From Leucoraja erinacea (Eukaryota): 64,000 nt of DNA. Of the stretch, positions 11,605 through 23,680 are shown one piece after another. Position 1 is the first letter of the stretch. Each line of letters begins with the position of its first letter. The notes below the pieces were generated by a model. The model was not told where the DNA came from. It saw nothing but the letters and a program-made list of their open reading frames with translations, and did no database searches. A program made the position numbers and the translations under genes. The stretch is from assembly GCF_028641065.1 (NCBI RefSeq), contig NC_073410.1:6448001-6512000 (forward strand), read 5' to 3'.

Positions 11605-12035
11605 AGAATGGGTCGACTGGGCTTGTATTCACTGGAATTTAGAAGAATGAGAGGGGATCGTATAGAAACATATAACATTCTTAAGGGATTGGACAGGCTA
11701 GATGCAGGAAAAATGTTCCCCATGTTGGGGGGGTCCAGAACTAGGGGTCACAGTTTAAGAATAAGGGATAGGCCATTTAGGAATGAGATGAGGAAAAAAC
11801 TTTTTCACCCAGAGAGTCGTGAATCTGTGGAATTCTCTGCCACAGAAGGCAGTGGAGGCCTATTCACAGGATGTTTTCAAGAGAGATTTGGAGATAGCTC
11901 TTCGGGCTAACTGAATCTAGGGATATGGGAAGAAAGCTGGAACGGGGTACTGATTTTGGATGATCAGCCATGATCATATTGCTGGCTAGATGGGCCGAAA
12001 GGCCTACTCCTGCACCTATTTTCTATGTTTCTATT
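11605..12035 (+). mobile_element. CR1-like LINE 3' end
   Basis: RLGLYSLEFRRMRGD..ETYNILKGLDRLDAGKMFP...RTRGHSL; tail ggcctactcctgcacctattttctatgtttctat. Confidence 0.9.
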
Positions 12036-12524
12036 TTTCCTCTGCTATTGCAATCAACGGGTCTCGGACAATACGTTTGGAGAATGGTCTCGACCCAAAA
12101 CGTCACTTATCCATGTTCTCCAGAGATGCTGGCTGACCCGCTGAGTTACTCCAGCACTTTGGGCATGAGAATCTGAATCACCTTCATGCACTGAGGAACT
12201 ACTGCTCTACTTGTGTTTAACCAGGTGGTGTTTTGTGGTTAGTGATGGCAGTTTCAATGCAGTGCCACAGAGTGGCTGAAATTAAATATTATAAACAAGA
12301 AGAAGCAGAAGAACGCTTTTTAAAAAGGTAAATAAACATAAAACATAAGGAAGTGACAAGTTTGGAAAGATAAGTTAAGTCGGATTGGTAGTAGCAGTTA
12401 GCCATTTTGCACTGAATACGCTCTGATATAAAAAATGCCTTTATATCAGAATCACAAGGATTGGTCTGTGGTTCAACATTCATGGTATTGCATCTTGATT
12501 TGTCTTCAGACTTTATTTGCTCAC

Positions 12525-12895
12525 ACCGTATATAAAATCATGAGAGGAATAGATCGGGTAGATGCACCGAGCCTCTTGTCCAGAGTGGGTGAACTGATGA
12601 CCAGAGGACATAGGTTTAAGAGGAAGGAGAAAAGATTTAATAGGAATCTGAGGGGTAACCTTTTCACACAAAGGGTGGTGGGTGTATGGAACGACCTGCC
12701 AGAGGAGCTAGTTGAGGCAGGGACTATCCCAACGTATAAGAAACAGTTAGATAGGTCCATGGATAAGACAGGTTTGGAGGGATATGGACCAAACGTGGCA
12801 GGTGGGACTAATGTAGCTGGGACATGTTGGCCGGTGTGGGTAAATTGGGCCAAAGGGCCTGTTTCCACACTGTATCACTCTGTGATTCTATGACC
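12525..12895 (+). mobile_element. CR1/HER1-like LINE 3' end
   Basis: VYKIMRGIDRVDA...RGHRFK...FTQRVVGVWNDLP. Confidence 0.9.
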
Positions 12896-14457
12896 GTCCT
12901 CCTTCAATGCTTTTCCAACATTTTCCAGCTGAAATGGGAATGTCGTTGCTTAGTTTCATTCTTCTTCCTCCAATCGTAGCTACCACCCCAAGACTTCTCT
13001 TCCTGTGTTGTGGGAGGCCAGCTCTCTCAGCTTCGGTTTTGTAAACTCCTCCTCAGTTTGATTGATTGTGCTGCTTTGCTGGCACCCGTTGGGAGATGAA
13101 CAACTTCTTATCGAGTCCACGTCACAAGATCAGAAGTTGTTCAGCCAGAACTGAACACACTTCTGAACACACTTCTCGGCATCTGCATACAATGGTGTCT
13201 GTCTTGCGCTTCTTGTGCGTGGTGGTGGAAAGATTGGTGGAAACAGGGCCGCGACATGAACGCACTTTCCTTGAACTAGACTGTCACCAATTAAATATTA
13301 TGAAGACCAAAGCTTTCATTGGTTATGTCACAAATTCCAATTACGCTATTGCCCACCAAGGCAAGTGTCTGAAATTGATCTGGGATTTGCTATCAGTTTG
13401 TTGTCATGTTTGACTGAATGCTGGGATTCCCAGCCAATATCCTCCTCAACAGACTGCCTGGTTTCATCTCCTTCATGTCTCCCATCTCCACACCATTAAA
13501 CTGTTAAGCGTGCCGTTGCTTCCTTTAACCTCGGTATTCCAAAATGCCCCGGCCCCCTCCTGGAACTGGATCTTCTCAGAACTCTTGTATGTACCCTTTT
13601 TTGCACAAAATCGCTTTCACCCATCATCTTTGCATTTTCTGACTGACCTAGTCTGGCAAATTAAATCTCATTCTTTTCAGATTTCTCAATAGTCTTGTCC
13701 CTTTCCATCTTCCAGTCTACAATTCTCTGAGATCTCTGCCCCTCTTTCAACCTCTTTCACAAATCTATTTTTTTTACGACTCCACTATTAGCAGCCATGT
13801 TTACAGCTATCTGGACCCTAGCTCTAAAATTTCCCTCTTTAAATCTCTCCACTTCCCTTTCTCATTTGAAATATTCCTTGAAATATACCTTTTCATTCTG
13901 CTTTTGTTCACCTACTCAACAATCTTTTTTTGAGTTCAAGAAGTAACTGCAGATGATGGAAAATCGAAGGTACACAAAAATGCTGGAGAAACTCAGCGGG
14001 TGCAGCAGCATCTATGGATCGAAGGAAATAGGTAACATTTCGGGCTGAAACTCTCCTGGTGCTTGATAACACAGCATATCACCAGATTCAAGAACAATGG
14101 GACTATGATAAACTGATACAATACACAAATAAATAAATGCAAGTTGATTGAGTGTACTGTCAAATATTTCTTGAATAATACAAGCATTCAAATCGTTCAG
14201 GAATGCTTTTAACCTTTATGAAATTGAGTTGTGATGCAACTTATGGTATCAAACAACAGAGAACAGTGAGTTTATTAAAATCTGTTGCAAGCAAGTTGTC
14301 TCATTTATTACAATGCAGAAAGCTGCATATGTTAAAAATATGAAACAAAAGCTTTTTCTCAATTCCTCAGGAGGAAACCAACTGCACATCCAAGTCGGTG
14401 CGAATCTGCCAGCCCAGTCTAACAAAGACACAAGAAGCTGGATAGGACAGGTTTGGA

Positions 14458-14485
14458 GACATTTCGGGTCGAGGCCCCTCTTCAG
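14458..14485 (-). ncRNA. Minimal type I hammerhead-ribozyme-like motif in a Penelope terminal repeat
   Basis: Minus strand CTGAAGA-G-GGGCCTCGACCC-GAAA-T-GTC: CUGANGA and GAAA core, short stem II, GUC triplet; stem I weak. Confidence 0.55.
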
Positions 14486-14889
14486 ACTGAGAGTCAGGAG
14501 AAAGGGGAACGTGAGTCAAAGACGGCGGTACTGTATATATATATAGATATAGAACAAATGAATGAAAGACATGTGAAATGTAAAGATGCTCAAGAGATGC
14601 CGTCTGTCCCGCTGCTACCCCAGCATTTTGTGTCTATTATTATTATTTAATCGGGAAAGGGACAAAAACAATGAAGGAAAACAGATACAATGCAAACTAG
14701 ATTTTGCAAAAAAAAACTGAAGGGGAGGCGAATGCAGGTAAAGCCCATGGTAACGTGAAATATTTGGCAGATGGGACGTGGCAACATCAACGTATTAAGT
14801 GAATAGGAAGGAATTGCAGATGCTGAAAGATCCTAGAGGAGCTCCTCTATAATCTTTGGTTTGAATCAAAGATTTGAATTGTTGCAGAA

Positions 14890-15436
14890 TCAGCGTTGCT
14901 CCCGCCCTCCGCCGCCTGCGATAGGCTGAGACCTGCCATTGTTTGGCTTCCTTCTCTCCACCCATTGGTTAGCCGCACTGTCACACAGCGGTCAGCACTC
15001 GTCATCCGGGACCGGTTGTTCATTGTCCCGCCCTCTCCACAGCGATGGTCCAGGCGTGGCAGCGGCTGAGGCCAGGCTCGGTTGCTGATTGGTTAATACG
15101 CCCGCCCATCAGGAAAGATCCCGCCCTCTCAATGACTATTGGTCAGGTGTGAGAGCGGGAGGGGAGCTTTCGCTGCTGATTGGCGAGAACACCCGTCAGT
15201 CAGACGTCTGTTCCCGCCCCACCATGACTATTGGCCAGATCTGGCAGCGGCGGCGGAGCCTCCGTTGCTGATTGGTTATAGTTCCCGCCCATCAGGCGGA
15301 GGTCCCGCCCTCTCCATCACTGTTGGTCAAGTGCGGCAGATGAGTGGGGCGGGCCTGTTGCTGATTGGTGACAGCGCCCGTCCATCAGGCGGACGTCCCG
15401 CCTCCGTCCCGCCCTCGTGCTCCAGCTCTTGTCAAG
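14890..15436 (+). promoter_or_regulatory. CpG-island promoter/5'UTR of the hnRNP gene: tandem ~93-bp units with GC boxes (CCCGCCC) and reverse CCAAT boxes (GCTGATTGG)
   Basis: TCCCGCC at 15026, 15119, 15212, 15303, 15396; GCTGATTGG at 15084, 15175, 15267, 15360; CpG-rich through about 15830. Confidence 0.88.
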
Positions 15437-15756
15437 ATGGCGGACTCGGCTCAGTTCACAGAAAACGGCAGCGCCGGGGCGGGTCCCGACGGTTTCGACG
15501 CCGCTTTTTACAGTTTCGGCGGCCCGGTAGACAACGAGGCTTTCGGCAACGCGACGGACTCGAAAGCCGATGCGTCCAAAGGCGTGGGCGGCGGCGGCGG
15601 TGGCGGTGGTGTCGGCGGCGGCCCAGGCCACGAGGCCTCGGGGCGGGCGGGCGACGGGAGCCAGGCGGCGCCGTCGTCGCAGCAGCTACAGCCGCCGACC
15701 AACAAGGAGATGGAAGGCTCGAAGATCAACGCCAGCAAGAACGAGGAGGACGAGGG
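15437..15756 (+). CDS. hnRNP D/DL/AB-family RNA-binding protein, exon 1
   Basis: caagATGGcg start; Gly/Ala-rich N-terminus ending EGSKINASKNEEDEG|gtgagt (CBFNT-like motif of hnRNP D/AB). Confidence 0.93.
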
Positions 15757-16599
15757 GTGAGTGCGGGAGGGAGCAGAGGCCGGGCTTGTGTTTGGGGCGC
15801 AGAGGCCTAGTCCTGGGCTGACCCGCGGGTGACCCCCCTTTGTGGAGCTCATTGAGGGTCTGGTGAGCCAGTTTGTAATGAGATTAAATGTCCCCCACCT
15901 TATTGCCTCGGCGGCTTAATGACAGGGGAATCTAACCACCAGAGACCAGGGTCCTGATCAAGCAAAGCAACAAAGGTAGTCTACTTTGAATTAACTATGT
16001 GAAATTAAATACTCATCCTGACCCTATTATTGAAAATGCCCTGAAGATGGACACAAAAAGCTGGAGTAACTCAACGGGACAGGCAGTATCTCTGGAGAAA
16101 AGGAATAGGCCGAGACCCTTCTTCAAAGTGCCCATATTACTCACGTTCCTCTCACGGCCCATTCATTGATCTTTGTGCAAAATATTAATTTAAAATAAAA
16201 CGCTGGAAATACTCATCAGCTCAATCAGTATCGGTGGTGAGGCAAACAATACTGACGATCAAATTCAAGAGTCCATAGTGTTTTATTCTCATGTCCCAGA
16301 TAGGACACTGAGATTCAATTTCATGATCTTTCACGACATCTGATTTACAGCAATGTCGTTGCTTCTACTGAAATGGCGTAACAACGTGCTGGGGTGTAAT
16401 AGACGCCGTGTTGACAAATGATCAAATAATGAACATTTAGAACAAAAAATGTTTTGAACTTCCATGGCCTTGATTTTTTTCAACTGGTCTGCACAATATA
16501 TGGCAGAGGCTTCTATTGTTTCCAAAATATTTTGCAGCTGAAGAAAAATATTTGTAGTGCAGGATAACATAGACACATAATAGCGATTTTTTTTGTCCA

Positions 16600-17530
16600 T
16601 GGGCATTGCATAATGTGAAAATCAGCAGCTTGATTTAAGATTGCTGACAGTACCAATATTGGAGGAGTTGCAGACAGTAAGGAAGGCTGTCGGAAGATAT
16701 AGCAGGATATAGATAAGTTGCAGAAATGAGTGGAAAAATAGCAGATGAGGTTTAACCTGAGCAAGTGTGAAGTGTTGCATTTTGAGAACTTGAATGTAAG
16801 GAGGGAGTATACGGTTAATGGCAAGACCGTAACAACATTAATGTGCAGAGGGATCTTGGAATCGAAGTTCATAGCTCACTAGAGGTGGCAGTCCAAGTAG
16901 ATAGTGGTAAAGAAGGTATATGGTGTGCTTGCCTCCATTGTTAGGGGCATTGAATATAAGAATCGGGAAGTCTTGATGCAGCTTTTTAAGACTTTGGTTT
17001 GACCACATTTGGGGAATTGTGTGCAGATCTGATTGCCCCATGACAGGAACGATGTGCAAGATTTGAAGAGGGTGCAGAGGTGGTTTACCAGGATGCTATC
17101 TGGATTAGAGGGTTTCAGCTATAGGGATAGGTTAGATAGATTTGGATTGTTTTCTCTGGAAAGTCAGATGTTGAGGGGAGACTTGATAGAAGTATACAAA
17201 ATTATGAGAGGCATAGGTAGGATAGATAGTCACAACATTTTTCCCCATGGTGGAAATGCCCAACATTACAGGACATAGCTATAAGGTGAGGGGAAAATAT
17301 AATGGAGATATACAGGCCGTTTTTTGGGGGCCTGGAATGCATTGCCGAGGTGGTGAAGGAGGCAGATGTGATGGTGGCATTTAAGAAACGTTTAGATAGG
17401 CACATGGATTTGCAGGGAATGGAGGGATATGGATCACTTGCAAGCCGATGAGATCAGTTCAGCTAAACATGTTTGGCGCAAACATTGGGTCAATGGGCCA
17501 ATTCCTGTGCTATACCATTCTATATTTTGT
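16600..17530 (+). mobile_element. CR1-like LINE RT C-terminal region and 3'UTR, decayed
   Basis: LKRVQRWFTRMLSGLEGFSYRDRLDRFGLFSLE...RGDLIEVYKIMRG; degenerate ADD motif near 16642. Confidence 0.88.
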
Positions 17531-19699
17531 GATCATGTTTTTGATGCTGGATGGGGGATAATATCCAGTATTCTCTTGAACTCCCTTTCTTGTGAATATT
17601 GCTCCTTTCTAATTACCTTGAAATGAGGTGGCTGTTAAAAGTTGACAATATTCGGGTGGATAGAGTCAGACATGGTCTGTACCAGGTAAGGTCGGCAGAT
17701 TTCCTTTTCAGATGGACATGTGAATAATGGGGTATGATCTGACCATCTAGTGGGTTTATGTTTACAGGCAATTATACTAGATTTTTTGGATTCATTTAGT
17801 TGCCTGTGTGGAAATTTAAGATGATATTTCAGATTATTGGTCCTGAATGAAGAAGGGTTTTGGCCCGAAACGTTGCCTATTTCCTTCGCTCCATAGATGC
17901 TGCCTCACCCGCTGAGTTTCTCCAGCATTTTTGTCAACCTTCCTTTGTTGCTAGTTAGGTGTTAATCGCCCCACTGTTGTATCAGTGATATTGTGGCACT
18001 GATCATTCAACTAGAATTGCAACCAATGCCTTGGTTTAACAACTTTTAAATTGTCTCCGACCACATGGTACTTACTCCCTCAGTACCAAACTTAAATGTC
18101 ACCCTAGATATTTGTGTTTGGACTTCTGGAGAAGGACTTGGACATGCTAGTTTCTTAAGTGAAAATGTTATGAGTTGATCCAAGGCCTTCAAGGCTGAAC
18201 TTAAAGAAAAATGCTCAAACGCCCAGCACATCGGACAATATCTGACATGCTGACATTTCCAGCATTTTCTATTTATGAATCTGATTTCCAGCATCTTCAG
18301 TTTTTTATTAATTCTGATTTTTCACCAGGCTAGGTTTCATAGTTTTTTTTTCTATTGTTAGACACATGTGATTGAAATGTGAATCCAAAATAGTAATTGT
18401 TCAGTATTTATTCTTGTAAATATTGCCACATTTTGTGTTCCACAGAAGTGTGCATGGGTGATGAAAATGTACAATAATGTAGGAAAATATAAATACTTTT
18501 TGATTTCTTGGAATTTGCACTGCAAATAGTAATGTCCTGCTGCTCTGGTCTGAGGTTGGCAGTGAGATGAATGTGCAGTTGAATCCTGATCAAAGCTGTT
18601 TAAATTCTCTAGTAGCAGGGATATTGAAGTGGCTTTCGACAAAGGTCTACATTTTTTTGGAACCATGTTGAATAGCTGTTTTCAAAATGTAATCCCTGCC
18701 AGCTTTAGTGGGGTTTTTTTTGTAATGGTTATCTTATTCTCTGCACTTTTACAATTACTTCATTTGGTAACTTGCCTCAATGATGTCCAATGTTAAAGGG
18801 CTATCAAGAGACCCCAGAAAACACGTTGCACTTCTGATATCCCAGGAACCATCTCTCGTCAAAAGCAGGCATTCATGCTGATGACATTCATCATTATCTT
18901 CAGTGTGTCAACATAGCCTGAGAGGAAATGTGTGTTTCTAGTTCTTGACCTAGCTCTGGAGCCATGGAAAACCTGCAGCAGACATCTCAGCACTGTAAGA
19001 AGTAGCACAGCCCTATATTTGTAAAATTCTCCAAATCCACTTGGAGGGCAAGCAAATAAGCATCTCCTAAAATCTTTGAGGGTTCCTTTACAATTGATGC
19101 TTACTTTTTAATCTTTAGGAGTTTTCTTTATATTCCATATCATAAAAATATCTGAACACAACTCTTCACACTAGATTTACTATGCACCATAGTTGGAAAC
19201 AAAAACCATAAATGCACTGTTAAGCTTATCTATAGGAGAATTTGTACAAATGCTTCTTGATCCCTTAAGTATTAAGCAATCTCCAGGGCATTAATTCCAT
19301 ACATAATCATGATTTAATCCCAGTTTAGTTGGATGTTTTGGCACACCCAACCCACATGATGATTTTGACTATTTGATTGCTCTAGCTGTTGCCTGTATGT
19401 TTCTTTGTAGCTATCTAGCATGTTAGAGGATTAATTAGTTCCTTTGGATGGAAATCATTTGGGGAGAGATTTTCAGTTTAATGGGCCATTTTAATTTTGA
19501 ACTTTGTTTCTTATTTCCATACATGGTGCTAATGAAAGTTGTACATCCAATGTGCTTGCCATCTACTGTCATTCTTTTAAGGTAGAATAATTGACTTTTA
19601 GTCGCCAAATATGCGCGGTGGTTATTTTTCAGTCTTTTCAGGAAATTACTAATCCAATTTGGTGGATTACTGTAACCTTATTTTGGTCTCGTTACTGCT

Positions 19700-19900
19700 C
19701 TCTCCAGTCAGAATGCTGCTGCTCGCCTTTTAACAGGGACTCGAAAGAGGGAGCACATATCGCCAATTCTGGCCTCCCTACACTGGCTCCCGGTAGGTTG
19801 CAAAACTTTGGTTTTTACTCTCTGAATGGGCTCAACCTGGCCCGGTCCCTCAGGTCAGCTTCAGCTGGGAACTTAGCTTTTCTGTGTGCTCCGGCACTTT
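19700..19900 (+). mobile_element. L2-clade LINE 3' fragment
   Basis: QNAAARLLTGTRKREHISPILASLHWLPV. Confidence 0.75.
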
Positions 19901-22187
19901 GAAAACAGTTGCACATCAGACAGTTGTCCATCTTCTCCACTGTTTACTCCCTGGCTTTTGAAGGCCAATTTGCTTCTGTTGCTAGATTTTTATTTTATTT
20001 TTTTCCTACTATTTTTTTGATTGTTATTTTTGATGGATATAACTTTTTTTGGTGTGTACAGCACTTGTGCAGCTATGTTTGACCTATAAATAAATTATTA
20101 TTATTATTGATATATTTTTTGTGTTGTTGTGATTGACCAAAGCCGTGGAATTTATTACACAATCCCTTTGCCGCCAGTATGAATGGCCTTTTAAAGATTA
20201 ATCAAGGACACAATTGTTGGTTTTGCTTTGTTTTTTAGCAAACCATTCTAAAATAGGCTGCCACATAATCAGGATTGTTGATTAGTTGGGATCAGTGCTC
20301 GAGTCCCAGCCACTCATAATCATTATCAGTCTGGCTGAGGAGATCAGTTATATTTCCGGGTTAGATATTAAATTAGGTTTGAGGGCCTGAGCTATAGTTT
20401 GGATTTGTGTCTCGGAATAAGGGCTGAACCATTTAAAAGTGAGAAATTGCTTCATGCAGAGTGGCAAATTTAAGAATTCTCTACCCTGGAAGAATGTGGA
20501 GGCTTAATATTCAGAAAACAATCTTGACTAAGGGAATTGTTTAAATCTTAACAAAATGACTAAGGGAATCGAGGTAATGGTTGAGGAAATTGGTCTACAG
20601 CAAGATGGACAGCCATAATCTTGATGAATGGCAGAACACACGCAAAGCGCCAACTGACCCTACTCATCTTATTTTTCTTTACCAGTAATATGCTGGGCAA
20701 TCATAATTTTCCATTGCTGTTTCCACCTTTGTTACTAGGTCTCTATTAACAGTACACGTTTGCTTCCTAATTCAATTAAACGGTCTATTTAATTATTCTC
20801 TTAAAACTGCCTGGTTTTTATTTCAGTGGCCTATTGCTAGCGTCTGTTGGAGTAGGTGAGAAGTTTATTGCAGCCATTTTTAACTTTTAATTTTTTTTCT
20901 GCACTGCTTCTGTGCGAGCTATAAGTTATTTGATGAGTAAACATAGAACAGTACAGCACAGTAATGGGCCCTTTGTCCACAATGTTTGTGCTGAACATGA
21001 TGCCAAGTTAAACTGACTTCATCTGCCTGTACATCATCCATATTCCTCTATTCCCCAGACTTCCACGCGCCTATCTAAAAGCTCTTAAATGCCACTATCG
21101 TATCTGCCTTCACCACCACCCATGGCAATGCATTCTAGGTACCCACCACTCTCCTTGTAAAAAAAACCTTGACCCGCGCATCTCCTTTATACTTTCTCAC
21201 TCTCACCGTATAGATTTATTTCTACCCCGGGAAAAAGCTCTGACTAGGCCACTCATAAATTTTATATGCAAAATAAATTATAAAAGGCACAGAAGGTAGA
21301 AAGTCAAAACTTTTTTCCCCTGGGTGGAATTGTCCACATGGGTCATTTCAACATTTTGCCGCAGATAAAGAATGGACTATTTGAGCTTGTAGTAGAGTCT
21401 ACCCGTGTTATTTTGAACCTCTTTGTAATGGATTTTGGTTATAGTGGAAAGAACGACTGCCAGGATAATGCTAGTGGTTTACAAATAATTGGTTGTGTTT
21501 CAGGTATGAACCTCTTTCCAAAGTCAGTGAAATCCATGATTGTATACGTGAGGCATTGCAGGAATTGGCTTTATTATTGTGCTGAATCAGTATCTGCAGT
21601 TCTTTGTTTCAGTTTTATTATTGTATGCATCCTTGCGAGGCACCGGTGTTGAGGATTATTGTAGATGATTTGTTGCCTATCATCACTGACTGTTGGTCAG
21701 GAAGTTGAGGATCCAGTTTAGAGTGGAACTTCTGTTGTTGGAATCCTCAACTAACGCTGGGAAAACCAATCCTTTCTTTTACCTTTTAATGCAAATTGCC
21801 TGCAATAGCTAGTATGGAGTATTCCTACAGGTGACTCTGCGAATAAATCATGCTTGGTATCTGAGATCTGCACGGACTTGCTTATAATAATTTGCTAGTA
21901 ATTGCAATGTTTTATCTTTTGTCACACTACAAAGTTTGGTACAAGTATAATGCTGCAATAATAGGTTGATGGATACAGGGATTTTCTTTACCTTCTTCTT
22001 TACTGCATATTTTACATTGGGTGGAAAAATGCAAAAAACAGATCTGGAAACCTATATGTTGATTCATGACTGGTTCATGACTATCTCATAAGTTTTGAAC
22101 TAGAATAAGAATCTATATTTTACATGAGTATGGGAAGTACCTACAGTGTCACTCCTGACATCAATAAACAACAACTATTGCCTAGGA

Positions 22188-22880
22188 TGTGTAGGAAAGA
22201 ACTGCGGATGCTGGTTTAAATCGAAGGTACACACAAAATGCTGGGGTAACGCAGCATCTCTGGAGAGAAGGAATGTGTGACGTTTCGGGTCGAGACCCTT
22301 CAGACTGATGCCAGGGGAATGGGCGGGATGGAGATAGAATGTAGTCGGAGATGGTAAGACTGGTGGGAGAACTGGGAAGGGGAGGGGATGGAGGGGAAAG
22401 CAAGGGCTATTTGAAGTTAGAGAAGTCAATGTTCATGCCGCTGGGGTGTAAGCTACCCAAACAAAATATGAGGTGCTGTTCCTCCAATTTGTGCTGGGCC
22501 TCACTCTGACAATGGAGGAGGCCCAGGACAGAAAGATCAGATTGGGAATGGGAGGGAGAGTTATGTGCTGAGCAACCGGGAGATCAGGTAGGTTAAGGCG
22601 GACTGAGCGTGGGTGTTCAGGGAAACTATCACCGAGCCAGCACTTGGTCTCGGTAGATGAGGTTGGAGGACGTGCAAGTGAACCTCTGCCTCGCCTGAAA
22701 AGACTGTTGGGGTCCTGGGGGGGGGGGGGGGGGGGGGGAAAATGGACAGGTGTTGCATCTTTTGTGGTTGCAGGGGAAAGTACCTGGGGAGGGGGTGGGA
22801 AGGAACGAGTTGAACAGGGAGTTGGGGAAGGAACGGTCTCTAAGGAAAGTGGAGATGGGAAGATGTTGCCAGTAGATGTT
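22188..22880 (-). mobile_element. Penelope-like element 3' portion (GIY-YIG remnants plus terminal repeat with hammerhead-like motif at 22279-22303)
   Basis: Minus-strand FTCTSSNLIY, HLIFCLGSL.PSGMNIDFSNF remnants; CTGAAGGGTCTCGACCCGAAACGTC. Confidence 0.82.
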
Positions 22881-23324
22881 GCCTGTTGGGTGGCTTGAGT
22901 GATTTCAAGTACTCTAAAAACAAAACATTACGCACAATTTTATAACTTTTGCTCTGCATTCCTTATTTGGCTGAAGAGAAATTTGATTAGTTGCACTGCT
23001 CTTCACTACTTTTCTGCGGGGGGTTTGTTTGGAGAATGATGAGTTGGCAGGATGCTTAGTGCCAACTTAGTGCCTGATCCCTTGCTGTCTTCAAAAAACT
23101 CTTTGCAAACTCAAAGTTATGTATTAATGTTGACAGCTATGCCTGGAAATGCACAAGAATAGGTTCTGGAAGTTCTCAGTTAAGTTGTCTTTATGCCAGG
23201 AAAGTGAAGTCGGCTCGGACAAAAGGAGAGATTCTGGCCTATCCTGTACTTCCCAAAGATTGACTATAGGGCTGAGTTGCATTCCATTTCCCTTTTTGAA
23301 CTTCACTGTTCATTTGTAATGAAA

Positions 23325-23680
23325 TATTGATTTCTCTAACTTCAAGTAACCCTTCCATCCCCTCTCTCTGTCCCTCCCCCACCCTAGTCTTTGTACTAGT
23401 TTCACTGTCATCCTGCCGAGTTTCACTGTTTGTATCATTTGTTATCACCTTCTCCACAGACAAAAATGGACCATTGTGGCTCCCATCTTCTCTTGATCAT
23501 CATTGGTAGCTTTGATTTGTCCCTTTGCATATGTTTCATTAATTTATTTATTCTATGTTCCTTTTCATATCTCGTTTCCCTCGCCCCTGATTCTCAGTCT
23601 GGAGAATGGACTTGATCGTAAACGTCATCTGTTGATTCCTTTTCTCCAGAGATGTCTGACCCACTGAGTTATTCTAGCTA
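23325..23680 (+). mobile_element. Penelope-like element 3' end
   Basis: atattgatttctctaacttcaagtaa (IDFSNFK*) followed by a UTR and a degenerate terminal repeat. Confidence 0.65.

Noticed and set aside
12900-13300. Possible minus-strand coding exon (LYADA-like word near 13180; IHADDI on + near 18870)
   Set aside because: No sustained ORF or splice context; probably very old LINE RT remnants, too decayed to call.
15089-15852. Several overlapping ORFs of 60-223 aa on both strands
   Set aside because: Stop-poor GC-rich CpG island; only the frame from ATG 15437 has family motifs and a matching splice phase.
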